This document shows positions 12,862-24,800 of a stretch of DNA of 64,000 nucleotides, one piece after another. Position numbers and translations under genes: made by a program. The notes beneath the pieces are model-generated. The model saw only the letters and a program-made list of their open reading frames with translations, made no database searches and had not been told where the DNA came from. Positions within the stretch are counted from its first letter, which is position 1. The number at the start of each line of letters is the position of its first letter. Source of the DNA: Piromyces finnis finn (taxonomy: Eukaryota; Fungi; Neocallimastigomycota); assembly GCA_002104945.1 (NCBI GenBank), contig MCFH01000003.1:124001-188000 (forward strand), given 5' to 3'.

Positions 12862-13589
12862 TGTAAAGATATAAAGTATATCTTTAAATTATTTAATAAT
12901 TAATTAATAATTATTGAATAATAATTTTGATATTTTAATGAAAAAATTGTTTATAAAATTTATTGTATAAATTTTATGGAATAATTAAATAAATATTAAT
13001 TTTAAAATATCAAAGTTAGAAATGAAATTTGGATAAATATTTAAATTAATGGATAATTAAATTTAAATATTTTAAATATTCAAATTAAATCTTAAAAAGT
13101 TTTTATTTAATTAAAATTAGTTTAATAACTTTAGCGTAGTTTTAAATTAGCATTTTTAATTATAAATATATAATAAATAGTATTATTAATATTTAATTAA
13201 TATATAGGTAATACATGGACTGTATTCAATTTGCAGTTTACTCAAATTGAATCAAAAGTGTATTTAATTAGTTTTAGTTTAGTTTTATTATTTTATTATT
13301 TAATTAAATTAGTATTAAATTAGTTTTGTTTATTTTATATTGAATATATGTATAATTAAATAGAATAGTATATTAAAATATAATTTACAAAAAAATATAA
13401 ATACATGTAAATTTTCTTAATTAAAACGATGTAATTGTTATTGACTATTATTTAGTTAATAACTAAATAAAATTAATAAAAGAGATATTTTTTTAAATAT
13501 AATTTATTTTCTTGTTTTTTCTTTATTTTGTGTTGTTGTTTTATTGTAAAAAATTTTATAATTTGTTTTACATTTATAAAACTTTTACA
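12862..13589 (+). mobile_element. Solo LTR, family C (copy 1), no TSD
   Basis: TGTAAAGATAT...TTTTACA; homologous to 15544-16291; flanks ATTTG and GGTAC do not match. Confidence 0.75.
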
Positions 13590-13851
13590 GGTACTAATAA
13601 TGGTGCATGCCAATGTATCTTTAGTTTCAGCTTCTTCAATTTCATTTTCCAATTCTTTAATTTTCTTATGTGAATTTTCATCTTGAGCCGGCTTTCTTTT
13701 TTCAATTTCAAGTTTATCTCTTAAAGTTTTGATTAAATCAGACTCATAAAATTTTCTTTGACTTGAGTATTTTATTGATTAAAAACACCCATTCCTCAAA
13801 GTTGACATTATTAAGACGATCTTTGAATTGTAACTTAGTATCTTGAGACAT
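13590..13851 (-). pseudogene. N-terminal gag fragment of a second copia family (copia-2)
   Basis: MSQDTKLQFKDRLNNVNFEEWVFLINKILKSK then a frameshift into YESDLIKTLRDKLEIE...; lies directly downstream of a PBS and LTR; truncated by the family C LTR. Confidence 0.65.
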
Positions 13852-13880
13852 GTCGCAGTAAATGAATTATTAAAGAGACT

Positions 13881-14117
13881 TGAAACTCTTAATCTATTAA
13901 TTTAATATTTAATAAAGTTTTATTATATAATATTTTAAAATAGTAATTACTTAAAAAATAAAAATTTATGAAAAATACATTGATATTTATATAAATTGAG
14001 GCACATGTTAAATACAATGAGATCTATATAACAACGATAAATAATGAGATTTAAATATAATGAAAATTAAAATAATGATATAAATTAATTTAATATTTTT
14101 AAACATATTTTCTAACA
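13881..14117 (-). mobile_element. copia-2 5' LTR (13895-14117) and PBS (13881-13894)
   Basis: Element strand: TGTTAG...TTAATA then GATTAAGAGTTTCA, the same junction as copia-1 although the LTR bodies differ. Confidence 0.7.
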
Positions 14118-14420
14118 TTAAATGATCAAGTTAATTAATTATTTAAATTATCAATTTCCATTCATTTAATTTACTATTAACATTTATTTATAATTATATT
14201 AACTATTCATCCATTTAATTTATTTAGTTATTACAAATTAAGTATATGAATAATTAATATAATTTATTTAGAATAATATTAAACATTTATTTTATTAATT
14301 AATAATTCTTGTATTACATTTTTAAGAAACATTATGTATTTTATTATAAGTTTACATTTTATGTTTATGTATTTTATTTTAAATTAGATTATAAAAACAA
14401 TTAAAAAATATAAGAAAATA

Positions 14421-14660
14421 TTAGGAGAATCGGATATTAAGGTTTTTCCGAATTTTATTTCGGTTTTACTTAATATTACGATGATTGATATATTAGTTAT
14501 CAATCGAATATTTTTTTTGGTTTTTCTTCTAGCCTTTTCCTAAAAAGATTATTTGTTAAGATTAGAAACACTTTATTAAACTTTAAATTATTAAAAAACT
14601 ATAAATAAAAGAACTCTGAAATTCCATTAAAGAATTCAGAGTTATTATTATAAACTCTGA
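14421..14660 (+). mobile_element. Diverged LTR remnant related to the element X LTR
   Basis: Aligns with about 2118-2356, including the TTTTTCTTCTAG block, TATAAATA (14600) and the downstream hairpin; boundaries unresolved. Confidence 0.6.
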
Positions 14661-15543
14661 GTTCTATAGTGGAATCCAAGAGTTCTTTTAAGAGCAATTA
14701 TAATAAATAATATATATTAAAAACAATATTAACAATAAATATTTAATATCAAAACATCTTCAAAATTTGTATTTATTATATTTCCTATTAATAAACTCCT
14801 TTCAAGATAAGTATAAGATTTATTTATTTTCCTAATTTCTCATTTTAATAATATATTAATTATTATTAAATTGTAGATAATAATTATTAATTATACATAT
14901 ATAATAATAATTATTTCACAACCGTTATAACTACTAAGATAGCTCAGTAGTACCTAGCTCTAGTTTAGTATGAGTTATGGATCCTACTATTTATTTTTTT
15001 TATAATTTATATTTTAATTAAATGAATGGTTAGATAAATTATATTTAAATTAAATGTATTAAATGTATGAATAATTATAAAATAGATAAATTTATATTAA
15101 TGTAATCTCCATCATGTATTATAGAATAGAACTAACGAATATCTATGTATTATTTCTATTTTATGCTTTGAGCTATTATTAACATTGAATAATAATAAAT
15201 AAAATAATATAAAATCTAAAATAATATTGTTTATTTAATTTGTGTTTTTATTTAGTTATTTTTTTTTATTAATTATTATTTCCTACAACTTAGTGGTTTA
15301 CACTAATTCTCATTACAATAACTAAATAATTTAATAAAAGAGAATTTAGAAAAAGATATTTTTTGTTTTTATTTTTTATTTTTGGTGTTTTTGTTTTATT
15401 GTATAATTTTATAACTGTAATATTTATAATGTAACTTTTTCTCTTTGTTAACCTTATTAATAAATATTATAAATATTATTTATTAATTAAATTTATTTCA
15501 TGTAATTATTATTATTTTTAAATTTTATATTATTATTATTAAC

Positions 15544-16291
15544 TGTAAAGATATAATATATATCTTTAGGTTATTTAATAATTAACTATTAATTATTAAA
15601 TAATAAATTAATATTTATTAAAATTAACTATGAAATTTTTAATATTCAATGGAATAATTTAATAATAAATTATTTTATAATAATTCCGTCAAAATTAAAT
15701 AAAGATAAATATTTAAATTTAAGAAATAAAAGAATCTTAATTAAATTTAAATATTTCAAATATTTTAAGTATTCATAATAACTTTAAATACTTTTTATTT
15801 AATTTTAGAATAGTTTAATAATAATATACTTTCTTATTTAAATTTAGAATAGTTTAATAATTTTAACTGAGTTTTAAAAATAGATGTGTTTATATTTCAA
15901 TAGGAAATATATTAAGAATAGTATTGATAATATTAAATTAATTTATAGATAATACATGAGCTTTATTCAATTTTGAGATTACTCAAATTGAATTAAAAGT
16001 ATAATGAATTAGTTTTAGTTTAGTTTTATTATTTTATTATTTAATTAGATTAGTTTTGTTTATTTTATATTAAATATATGTTTATTTAAATAGAATAATA
16101 TATTAGAATATAATTATGAAAAAATATAAATACATGTAAATTTTATCAATTGAATCGATGTAATTGTTATTTTATTTCTAACCATTAATAAAGAAGATAA
16201 TTTTTAAAAAGAAACTCCTATTTTTATTTTATCGTGTGTTTAATTGTTTTATTGTTAAATATATATTCTGTTTTAAGATTAATATTTTACA
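15544..16291 (+). mobile_element. Solo LTR, family C (copy 2), inserted in the tip of the copia-1 3' LTR
   Basis: TGTAAAG...TTTTACA, TSD TTAAC (15539-15543 and 16292-16296). Confidence 0.88.
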
Positions 16292-16536
16292 TTAACCAGC
16301 TAGTTTTACGGTACTCGAGAGTTATTACACAAATGTATATGTTTATTTATATATTTTATTATAAAGTCTTCTATTTATTAAATAAAAATTTTCATTACAT
16401 TTATATCATACATATAACAAATACATTACGTTATTATGCTACATTATCCTATTACATTATTTCAAATACATATTATTACATTATAAAATATAATGTATTA
16501 CATGATTTTGTATTATGTTAACATTCCTCCCTTAAA
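16292..16536 (-). mobile_element. copia-1 3' LTR (to 16523) and polypurine tract (16524-16536)
   Basis: Direct repeat of 28263-28496; AAGGGAGGAA abuts TGTTAACA on the minus strand, right after the pol stop codon. Confidence 0.9.
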
Positions 16537-19500
16537 CTAATTTTTCATTAGAAAAATTTTGTTTGTAAAGTTTGACATTTTTGGACCATTGGTTACTTTA
16601 GTTAATACATCAGCTAACATATTTTTAGTATCTATATAATTTAATTTTACCTTTCCTTTATCAATGTTATCTTTATTGAAAAAATATTTAATAGCAATGT
16701 GTTTTAATTTTGGATTTATTTCATCGTTTTCTATATTTGTTTTACTTGCTATATTATCAGTGTAAATAGTAATTGGTTTATTAAAGTTAAATAATTCTTC
16801 TAATATGTTTTTTATCCATAATACCTTTTTGACACATTCTGAAGTACTTACGTATTCCGCTTCGGCAGTTGATGTGGCTACTATCGTTTGCTTCTTACTG
16901 TTCCAGCATATTGGACTATTACCCATTAGTATAATATTTCCTGAAGTGGATTTTCTATCTTTTATGTCTCCAGCAAAATCTGCATCACAATAAGAAATTA
17001 TTTCTCCTTTTCCATCATAATTAATTTTAAAGTTCTTTGTGGTGTTTAAATATTTTAATATGTGTGTAACTTTTATCCAGTCAGATATAGTGGGGTTTTC
17101 GGATTTTCTATCTGCTTTACCTACCGCAAATGCTATATCAAGTCTGGTACATTTTGCCAAATATATTAACGAACCAATAACACTCTTATATGTTGTTACA
17201 CTAAATGGTGTATCATTTTCACCTTTGATGTTGTCACCTACACATGGAGTATTAGTTTTTCTTGTGTAACGTATATTAAATGTTTCTAATAATTTTTCAA
17301 TAAAACCTGTTTGAGAAATAGTATATGTATTTTTATCCTTTTCAACTTTTATACCAAGAATATAATTGATAGGTTCGGCTTTAGATACTTTGAAATTATA
17401 TTTTATAGTTTTTACAATACTTTCTATTTCTTTATCATCTCCTGTAATTACCATATCATCTACGTAAAGACCTATAATCCCTATTAATTTTCCTTTGTGT
17501 TCCTTTTTAAAGATACATTTTTCAGAAATTAATTGTTCGTAATTATTCTTGGTTAAAAATTTTGTGATGGTTACATTCCATTGCCTACCGGATTGCTTTA
17601 GTCCGTAAAGGGCTTTGTTCAACTTCCAATATCCCCGCCTAAAGTTAGGATCTCCAGAAGGAATTGTTGTATAAATATCTATGTCCAATTCCGCATTGAG
17701 ATACGCGGCTTTAATATCAAGTTGCAGCATGTTCCAATTGAGTTTAGAGGCTAACGCAATAATTAATATAAGACCATCAATATTGAGAGTAGGGGAGTAA
17801 GTAAGATCGAAATCAATACCTTTTTTCTGTTTGAAACCTCTAGCAACGACTCGGGCCTTTCTTTTAATAATAGTATTGTTCGGACCTCTTTTATTGGTGA
17901 AGACCCATCTTGTAGAAATTAAATTTATATTTTTGGGGACATATTTAACAAAAGTAAAAATTTTATTATTGTAGAGATTGGATAATTCTTCATTTATAGC
18001 AGTTTTCCATTCGTTTTGGTATATACAATTGACAGCTTCGTTATATGTAAATGGGACATTTGTAACAATATTAAAAATATGTTTAGAGTTAAAAGAAGGT
18101 TTTTTAAATTTTGTTTTATATCTAAAGATTTTGTGTGTATTATTATTTAATTTTCTCTTCAAATTAGAAATGGAGTGACTATTAAAAGAAGTTTTATTAG
18201 GATAATAAAATCTGTTTTTTGCAATGATACTCCTTAATCTGGTGTAATCCTGTGATTTATTGAAATTATTATTAGTATCAATAATTAAGGTTTTGTAACT
18301 TCTTCTTGCGGAAAATCTAAGGTTTGATATAGAGTTTGGACTTTTAGTATATTTGTAATTATTATTTGGACTTTGTACGTATTTATTAGTAGGTGATTGA
18401 TTAATATTAGAATTTGAATTAGGGATGTAATTTGATTCATTTAATATATTATTGTTTACATTTTCACGTATATTATCTGTATGTTCATTGTTAATATTTT
18501 TATTATCTGAATTAAAATCAATATCCATGTTGTTGTTATCTCTTGAATTATCATATTTAATAGAGTTTGATTCTTCTGAGTTATTGGAATTTAAATTATT
18601 ATAATTTGTGTCTTTAGTATTTGAATTAGAAAATATATTAGTATTGTTAGAAAAATTATTTGAACCTAAATTATTATTATTTTCGTTTTCTTGAGACTTA
18701 AATTATTATTATTTTGATTAATTTCTGAACCTAAATTATTATTATTTTCATTTTCAATTTTTGATCCAAAATCTTGCAAATTTTTATTATTAAAACTTTT
18801 TTCACCATTTTCAATATTAAATTCGTCTTCATTTTCGTTAGCTAAATAGAAGTCTTCATCATCTGAAGCTATTGACACATTTTCTTCAACTTTTTCTTTA
18901 TCTTTGAGATTATTATCTTCCTTTTCTTTTGTTCTTACGCTATTATTATCTTTATTTGGTTCCTCTGGAACTTGGGCTTTATGATTATTATCATCGTCCG
19001 ATTTGTTAAAAATTTTGTTTATTTTATTATTGTTTTGAATAAAAAATCTATCGTTTATCTTCATATATTTTACTGAAATTAAAATCAAATTTAAAGAATG
19101 ATGTACCATGTAAATTTGATTTTATATTATTTGATAATGAGATGTTTGCTGGTTTATCCTCTAGACAAAATATCTCTCTTACATTATGTATTGAATAATT
19201 TTGATAATCCATAATAATGTAACTATTTGTTTTTTCACTAAAACCAAGAAATATACCTTTTAGTGAATTAGGTTGGAATTTTGTTTTATTTTGATCAAAA
19301 TTTTTATAATACGCGATACAGACGAAAGTTCTTAAATGATCAATTTTAACACTATGACCATAAAAACTTTCATCAGGTATATTGTTTTTAGAAATTTGAT
19401 GTGGTGTTTTATTATATAAATAGTTCACGTATAATATCGCGTAATCCCAGAAGTTTTCTGATAATTTGCTCCAGAATAACAATGTCTTAGCACATGAAAT

Positions 19501-20304
19501 AATCGTTTGATTGAATCTTTCTGCAATGCCATTATTTTCTGGATTGTTTGGTGGAGAATAGATTTTATTAATTCCATTGTTTTCGCAGAAGTTAATAATT
19601 TTCTTATTTTTGTATTCTTTTGCATTGTCAGATTCAAATATTTTTACCTTTTTGTCATTTATTAAATTGTTGAGAAATTTTATAAAATTGATGATTATTT
19701 CTATGGTTTCAGACTCTCTTTTTATTAAAAATACCCAACTTTTATGTGAATATTCATCAATAAATGTTAATATAAATCTCATACCATTTATTGATTCATT
19801 TATTGGTCCTATTATATCAGAGTGTATAACTTCTAGAATACCCTTTGCCTTTGGTGTACTTTTATTATGGGGCTTCCGCTTCATTTTCACAATTTTACAG
19901 TCTTGACATAATGGATCCTTAACGTCATGAATATCTAAGTATTTATTGATATTGTCAAAGTAATAATGACCTGTTCTTCTGTGCCATATTAGTTGACTTT
20001 GTTCATTTAATTTATTTATGCTATGAATATATTTTAGCATTTTGTTTTTTGTCTTTTTTATCGTGTACAGCGGTCACAAAAATTTCATTGTTATTATTAC
20101 AATGAAAAGTACCTAAATTTGATCCATTCTTATTGTATAACACGAGTCTTACTCTGTTATCTTTATCTGTATCTGTAATAGCTTTTATATTCATTTTTGC
20201 AAGTTCAACACCACTTATGATATTTCTTGATACTTCCTTTGAGTATAAGACTCTTTTAAAAACTATTTTATGACTGTTTATATAAAAATGAAATTCTCCG
20301 TATC
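16537..20304 (-). pseudogene. copia-1 pol (protease C-part, integrase, RT, RNase H), broken into several frames
   Basis: WHRRTGH, IHSDIIGP, FIDEYS, NGIAERFN (IN); KARVVARGFKQ, LYGLKQSGRQW, YVDD (RT); YCDADFAG, LADVLTK (RH); ORFs 19048-20040, 18666-19109 and 16537-18528 are out of frame or separated. Confidence 0.92.
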
Positions 20305-21642
20305 TGTAAAGATATAATATATATCTTTAGATTATTTAATAATTAATTATTAATTATTAAATAATAAATTAATATTTAGTAAAATTGATTATAAAATTTT
20401 TGAATAAATTTTATGGAATAATTTAATAATAAATTGTTTTATAATAATTCCGTTAAAATTAAATTAAGATAAATATTTAAATTTAAGGAATAAAAGAATT
20501 TTAACTAAATTTAAATATTTCAAATATTTTAAATAATTAAAATATTTTTTTAAATACTTTTTATTTAATTTTAGAATAGATTATACTTTTTTATTTAAAT
20601 TTAGAATAGTTTAATAATTTTAACTTAGTTTTAAAAATAGATTTATTTATATTTCAATAGGAAATATATTAAGAATAATATTGATAATATTAAATTAATT
20701 TATAGAAAATACATGAGTTTTATTCAATTTTGAGTTTACTCAAATTGAATTAAAAGTATAATGAATTAGTTTAGTTTAGTTTTGTTATTTTATTATTTAA
20801 TTAGATTAGTGTTGTTTATTTTATATTAAATATATGTTTATTTAAATAGAATAATATATTAGAATATAATTATGAAAAAATATAAATACATGTAATTTTT
20901 GTTTATTAAATCGATGTAATTGTTATTTTCAATTTTTTAATTATTAACTATTATATAGTTAATTGTAACGCGTATCTATATAAGTATTTAATAATGTGAT
21001 AATTAATAAACTTTATATAGATAATAATTTTGATCCCAATAAGTCAATTAATTTTATTTATTAAAATTTTTAATTATTTTTTATTTAAATTATTTTTTAA
21101 TAATAAATATTTTTTTTTTTTTTAAAATTTAAAAGTTAAAAGTTAATAGTTAATAAAAACACAATTTTTTTTTAATTTTCGATTCAAACCACTTCTATTT
21201 ATACTTTTTCTAAATCTGATGTGGCTAAATCAAAAATTTTAATTATCTTTCTAGATTGTTCTTTAAATTAATTAAAAATTGCATAAGATGAATCCCGTGA
21301 TAAAATTACAAAAAATATTTGATTTTTCGAATATTCGAACTTATTCTTTTTCGAATAAGTTCTATAAGTTTCTATGAGTCGTAAATTAAATTGTTAAATA
21401 AATAATCTAAAATAGATTTCGGATCAAGGTGTGAGTCGAACCCGAGTGATCCAGATTAATGTCTTAAATACTAACCATTAAGACAATATTAATTATCTAA
21501 TAGATTCGTTACATGGTCTTCCTCCAGGATTCGGATACCAGACGAATCTTTGGATTCATTTTATGTTTTATTACAATAATAATTTTTTTAAGCTATATAA
21601 TTACTATATAATTAAACTATACTAATTGAATTACAATAAAAT

Positions 21643-21692
<50 letters not shown>

Positions 21693-21817
21693 TTTTACAT
21701 TTAATATTAAATACATGCTTAAAGAAAATCTAAAATTTAAGAAAATTTAAAGAAGTTATTTTTTTTTTTTTTTAAATTAAAATTAAAAATAAATTAAAAA
21801 TAAAGTTTCTGTTGAAA

Positions 21818-24800
21818 TCATTTCTTTTTGTTGAATTCCTTAAGTAGTTCTGGATAATTCAAATTTGTTTCTGGCTCCCAAGATGCTTCAGATATTGGGT
21901 ATCCTTTCCATTTAATTAGATATTGGACTTTACCATAATATCTTCTTTTATCCAATATCTCTTCGACTTCAAATTCTTCCTTATTATCCACAATAACCGG
22001 CGGAGGTGGCGGTTGCTTTCTATTGAACTTGTCTTCATGGTAGGGTTCCAATTCTGAAACGTGGATGACTGGATGAATGCGAATTTCTTTTGGTAACTCC
22101 AATTTGAAAGAAACTGGAGAAATTTTTTCAATTATTTTGTACGGACCAAGTTTTCTAGGTTTTAACTTCTTATTACCATTACGCATTATTAAAGAACTGT
22201 TGATCCATACTTTATCATTTACCTTGAGTTCAGGGGCTTTACTTCTGTGTTTGTTTGCGAATTTTTCTTGTTGATTAATGGATTTCTTCAAGTTATCTTT
22301 AAGAGTTTTAATTATTTCTTTGAAATTTCTTGTGAATTCATCCGCAGTTGGTATCTCGGTACGACTTGGTAAAATTGGAGAATGTTTTGGATTATAGCCA
22401 TAGTTAGCAAAAAATGGTGAAGTTTTGGTAGATTCTTGAACGGCATTATTGTAACTAAATTCAGCAAGATGTAAGAACTTGTACCAGTTAGAGCCTTTAT
22501 AATTTGAGTAACACCTTAGGTATTGTTCTACAACGGAGTTTACCCTCTCCGTCAGCCCGTTTGTTTGGTGATGGTAGGAAGAAGAAAATTTTAGGTTTAT
22601 ATCAAAAGATTTGCAAATTGAATTCCAGAATTTAGAGGTAAATTGAGTACCTCTATCCGAAAGAATTTCATTTGGTAATCCATGGAGACGAAAAACGTTG
22701 ATCATGAAAGCATCAGCAGTATCGGAGGCAGAAGGGATGTTCTCAAAAGGAATGAAGTGGCATAATTTAGTTAATCTATCGGTGACTACAAGAATGCAAG
22801 TATACTTTTGGGAAGGTGGGAGATCCGTAATAAAGTCCATAGATAAGGAAGACCAAGGACGTTCAGCAATTTCCAAAGGGGAGAGAAATCCATAGGGTTT
22901 GTGTCGAGAATCCTTTGATCGGCAACATATTTCGCAAGACCTAACATATTCTTTGACATCGACTGAGAGATAAGGCCACCAAAAGTCACGAACAATAAGG
23001 GAATAAGTTTTCTTTAATCCGAAGTGTCCAGCGGAGGGTGAGTCATGGCAAATTTTAAGAACTTCCAAACGACAATCTTGGGGGACATAGATCCTATTAT
23101 TGAATAATAATACACCATCTTGAATTTTAAAGTTTTCGATTTGCGAATGAGGGACTGGGGGAATTTGAGTTTCTAAATATTTGCATACTTCAAAGTAAAA
23201 TTTATCATCTTTGCTATTTGAAATGATTTTATCCATAAGGGGATTGTTATCCAGAACCATGGCACAAAAGTTTTCGGGTCTAAGGACGGAATTTGGAATG
23301 TCATTGTTATACTTAAAATTTTCTAAGTAATCTGGTCTTCTAGATAAAGCGTCAGGTTTACCATTAGCAGAACCCGACCGATAAACGATGATAAAGTTAA
23401 ACTCGGCAAGGAACAGAGACCAACGAACTAATCTTTGAGTCATTTTTTCGGGTTTCTTCTGGTAGAGCAAATTTCTATGATCCGAGAAAATCTTGAAAGG
23501 CTGAGTAGTTCCTTTGAGTAGATGTCGCCAAGTTTCTAAAGCAGCTACAATTGCTAAAAGTTCTTTATCGTAGATCGGATAGTTCCTTTCAGAAGAACTA
23601 AGCGATCTAGAGAAAAATGCCACTGGATGAACCGACTTGTCTTTTGGATTCGTTTGTGAAAGGATTGCTCCTATAGCGAAATTACTTGCATCCGTTTCAA
23701 CTATGAAAGGTATATCACGATTCGGGTATGCAAGAACAGGGGAAGAAGCAAATTTGGATTTGATTAAACTAAAAGAATTTTCACACTGATGAGAGAAGCA
23801 GAATTTAACATCCTTCTTAAGTAACGCATTCAGTGGTTGTGCGATCTCAGCAAAACCGGCAATGAATCTTCTATAATAATTAGCTAACCCAAGAAACGCT
23901 TGAACCTCTTTAACGCTTTTAGGAGTTTGCCATTCCAAGATAGATGCAATTTTCTTTGGATCCATTAAAATACCTTCAGAAGATATACGATGACCTAAGA
24001 AATCGATAAATGGGACAAAGAACTCACATTTTTCAAATTTTGCGTAAAGTCCCGCTTTTCTAAGTCTTTTAAGTACTTCTTTAACCTGGATTACATGGGT
24101 TTTAAAATTTTCCGAGAAAATTATTAAGTCATCAATATAACTAAAGACAAATATTCCCAAGATTCCCTCAAGCACATCATTAATGAAATGTTGAAATACT
24201 GCAGGTGCGTTTTTCAAACCAAACGGCATTACAGTATATTCAAAGTGTCCATATTTGCAAGTAAAAGCAGTTTTGAATTCATCACCTTCTTTGATCCTCA
24301 CAAGATTATAAGCGGATCTTAAATCAAGTTTGGAGAAGATGTTGCTTTTACCTAGATGTTCCAACATGTCATTAATTAATGGTAAAGGGTATGAATCACG
24401 GATTGTGATTTCGTTTAATTTCCTATAATCTTGACATAGACGTAGTTCACCATTTTTCTTCGGGACAAAAAGCACTGGGGCACCAGCCGGAGACTTCGAA
24501 GGTCTGATGAAACCTCTTCGCAAATTTTCATCAATGTATTCCTTCAATACCATTGATTCTTTATCCGTTAAAGGATAAATTGGTCCATAGAAAAGTTTGG
24601 AGTCCGGCTTAAGACGGATTTCACAATCGTATTGCCTATGTGGCGGCAATTGTTCAGCGGCTTTTTCATTAAATACATCTTCAAAGGCTTGAAGTTCAGC
24701 GGGTAGAATAACTTCTTGATTACTAGAAGTGTTAGTGGTGGAATCTTGACTTTTTGGAAGATTTGTTACAGAATCATGGATATAAGAATTGGTTGAAGTG

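Noticed and set aside
15248-15348. 13-bp inverted repeat TTATTTAGTTATT/AATAACTAAATAA after a TTACA, resembling another self-priming site
   Set aside because: Very AT-rich and located in a decayed C-like LTR remnant with no associated ORF.
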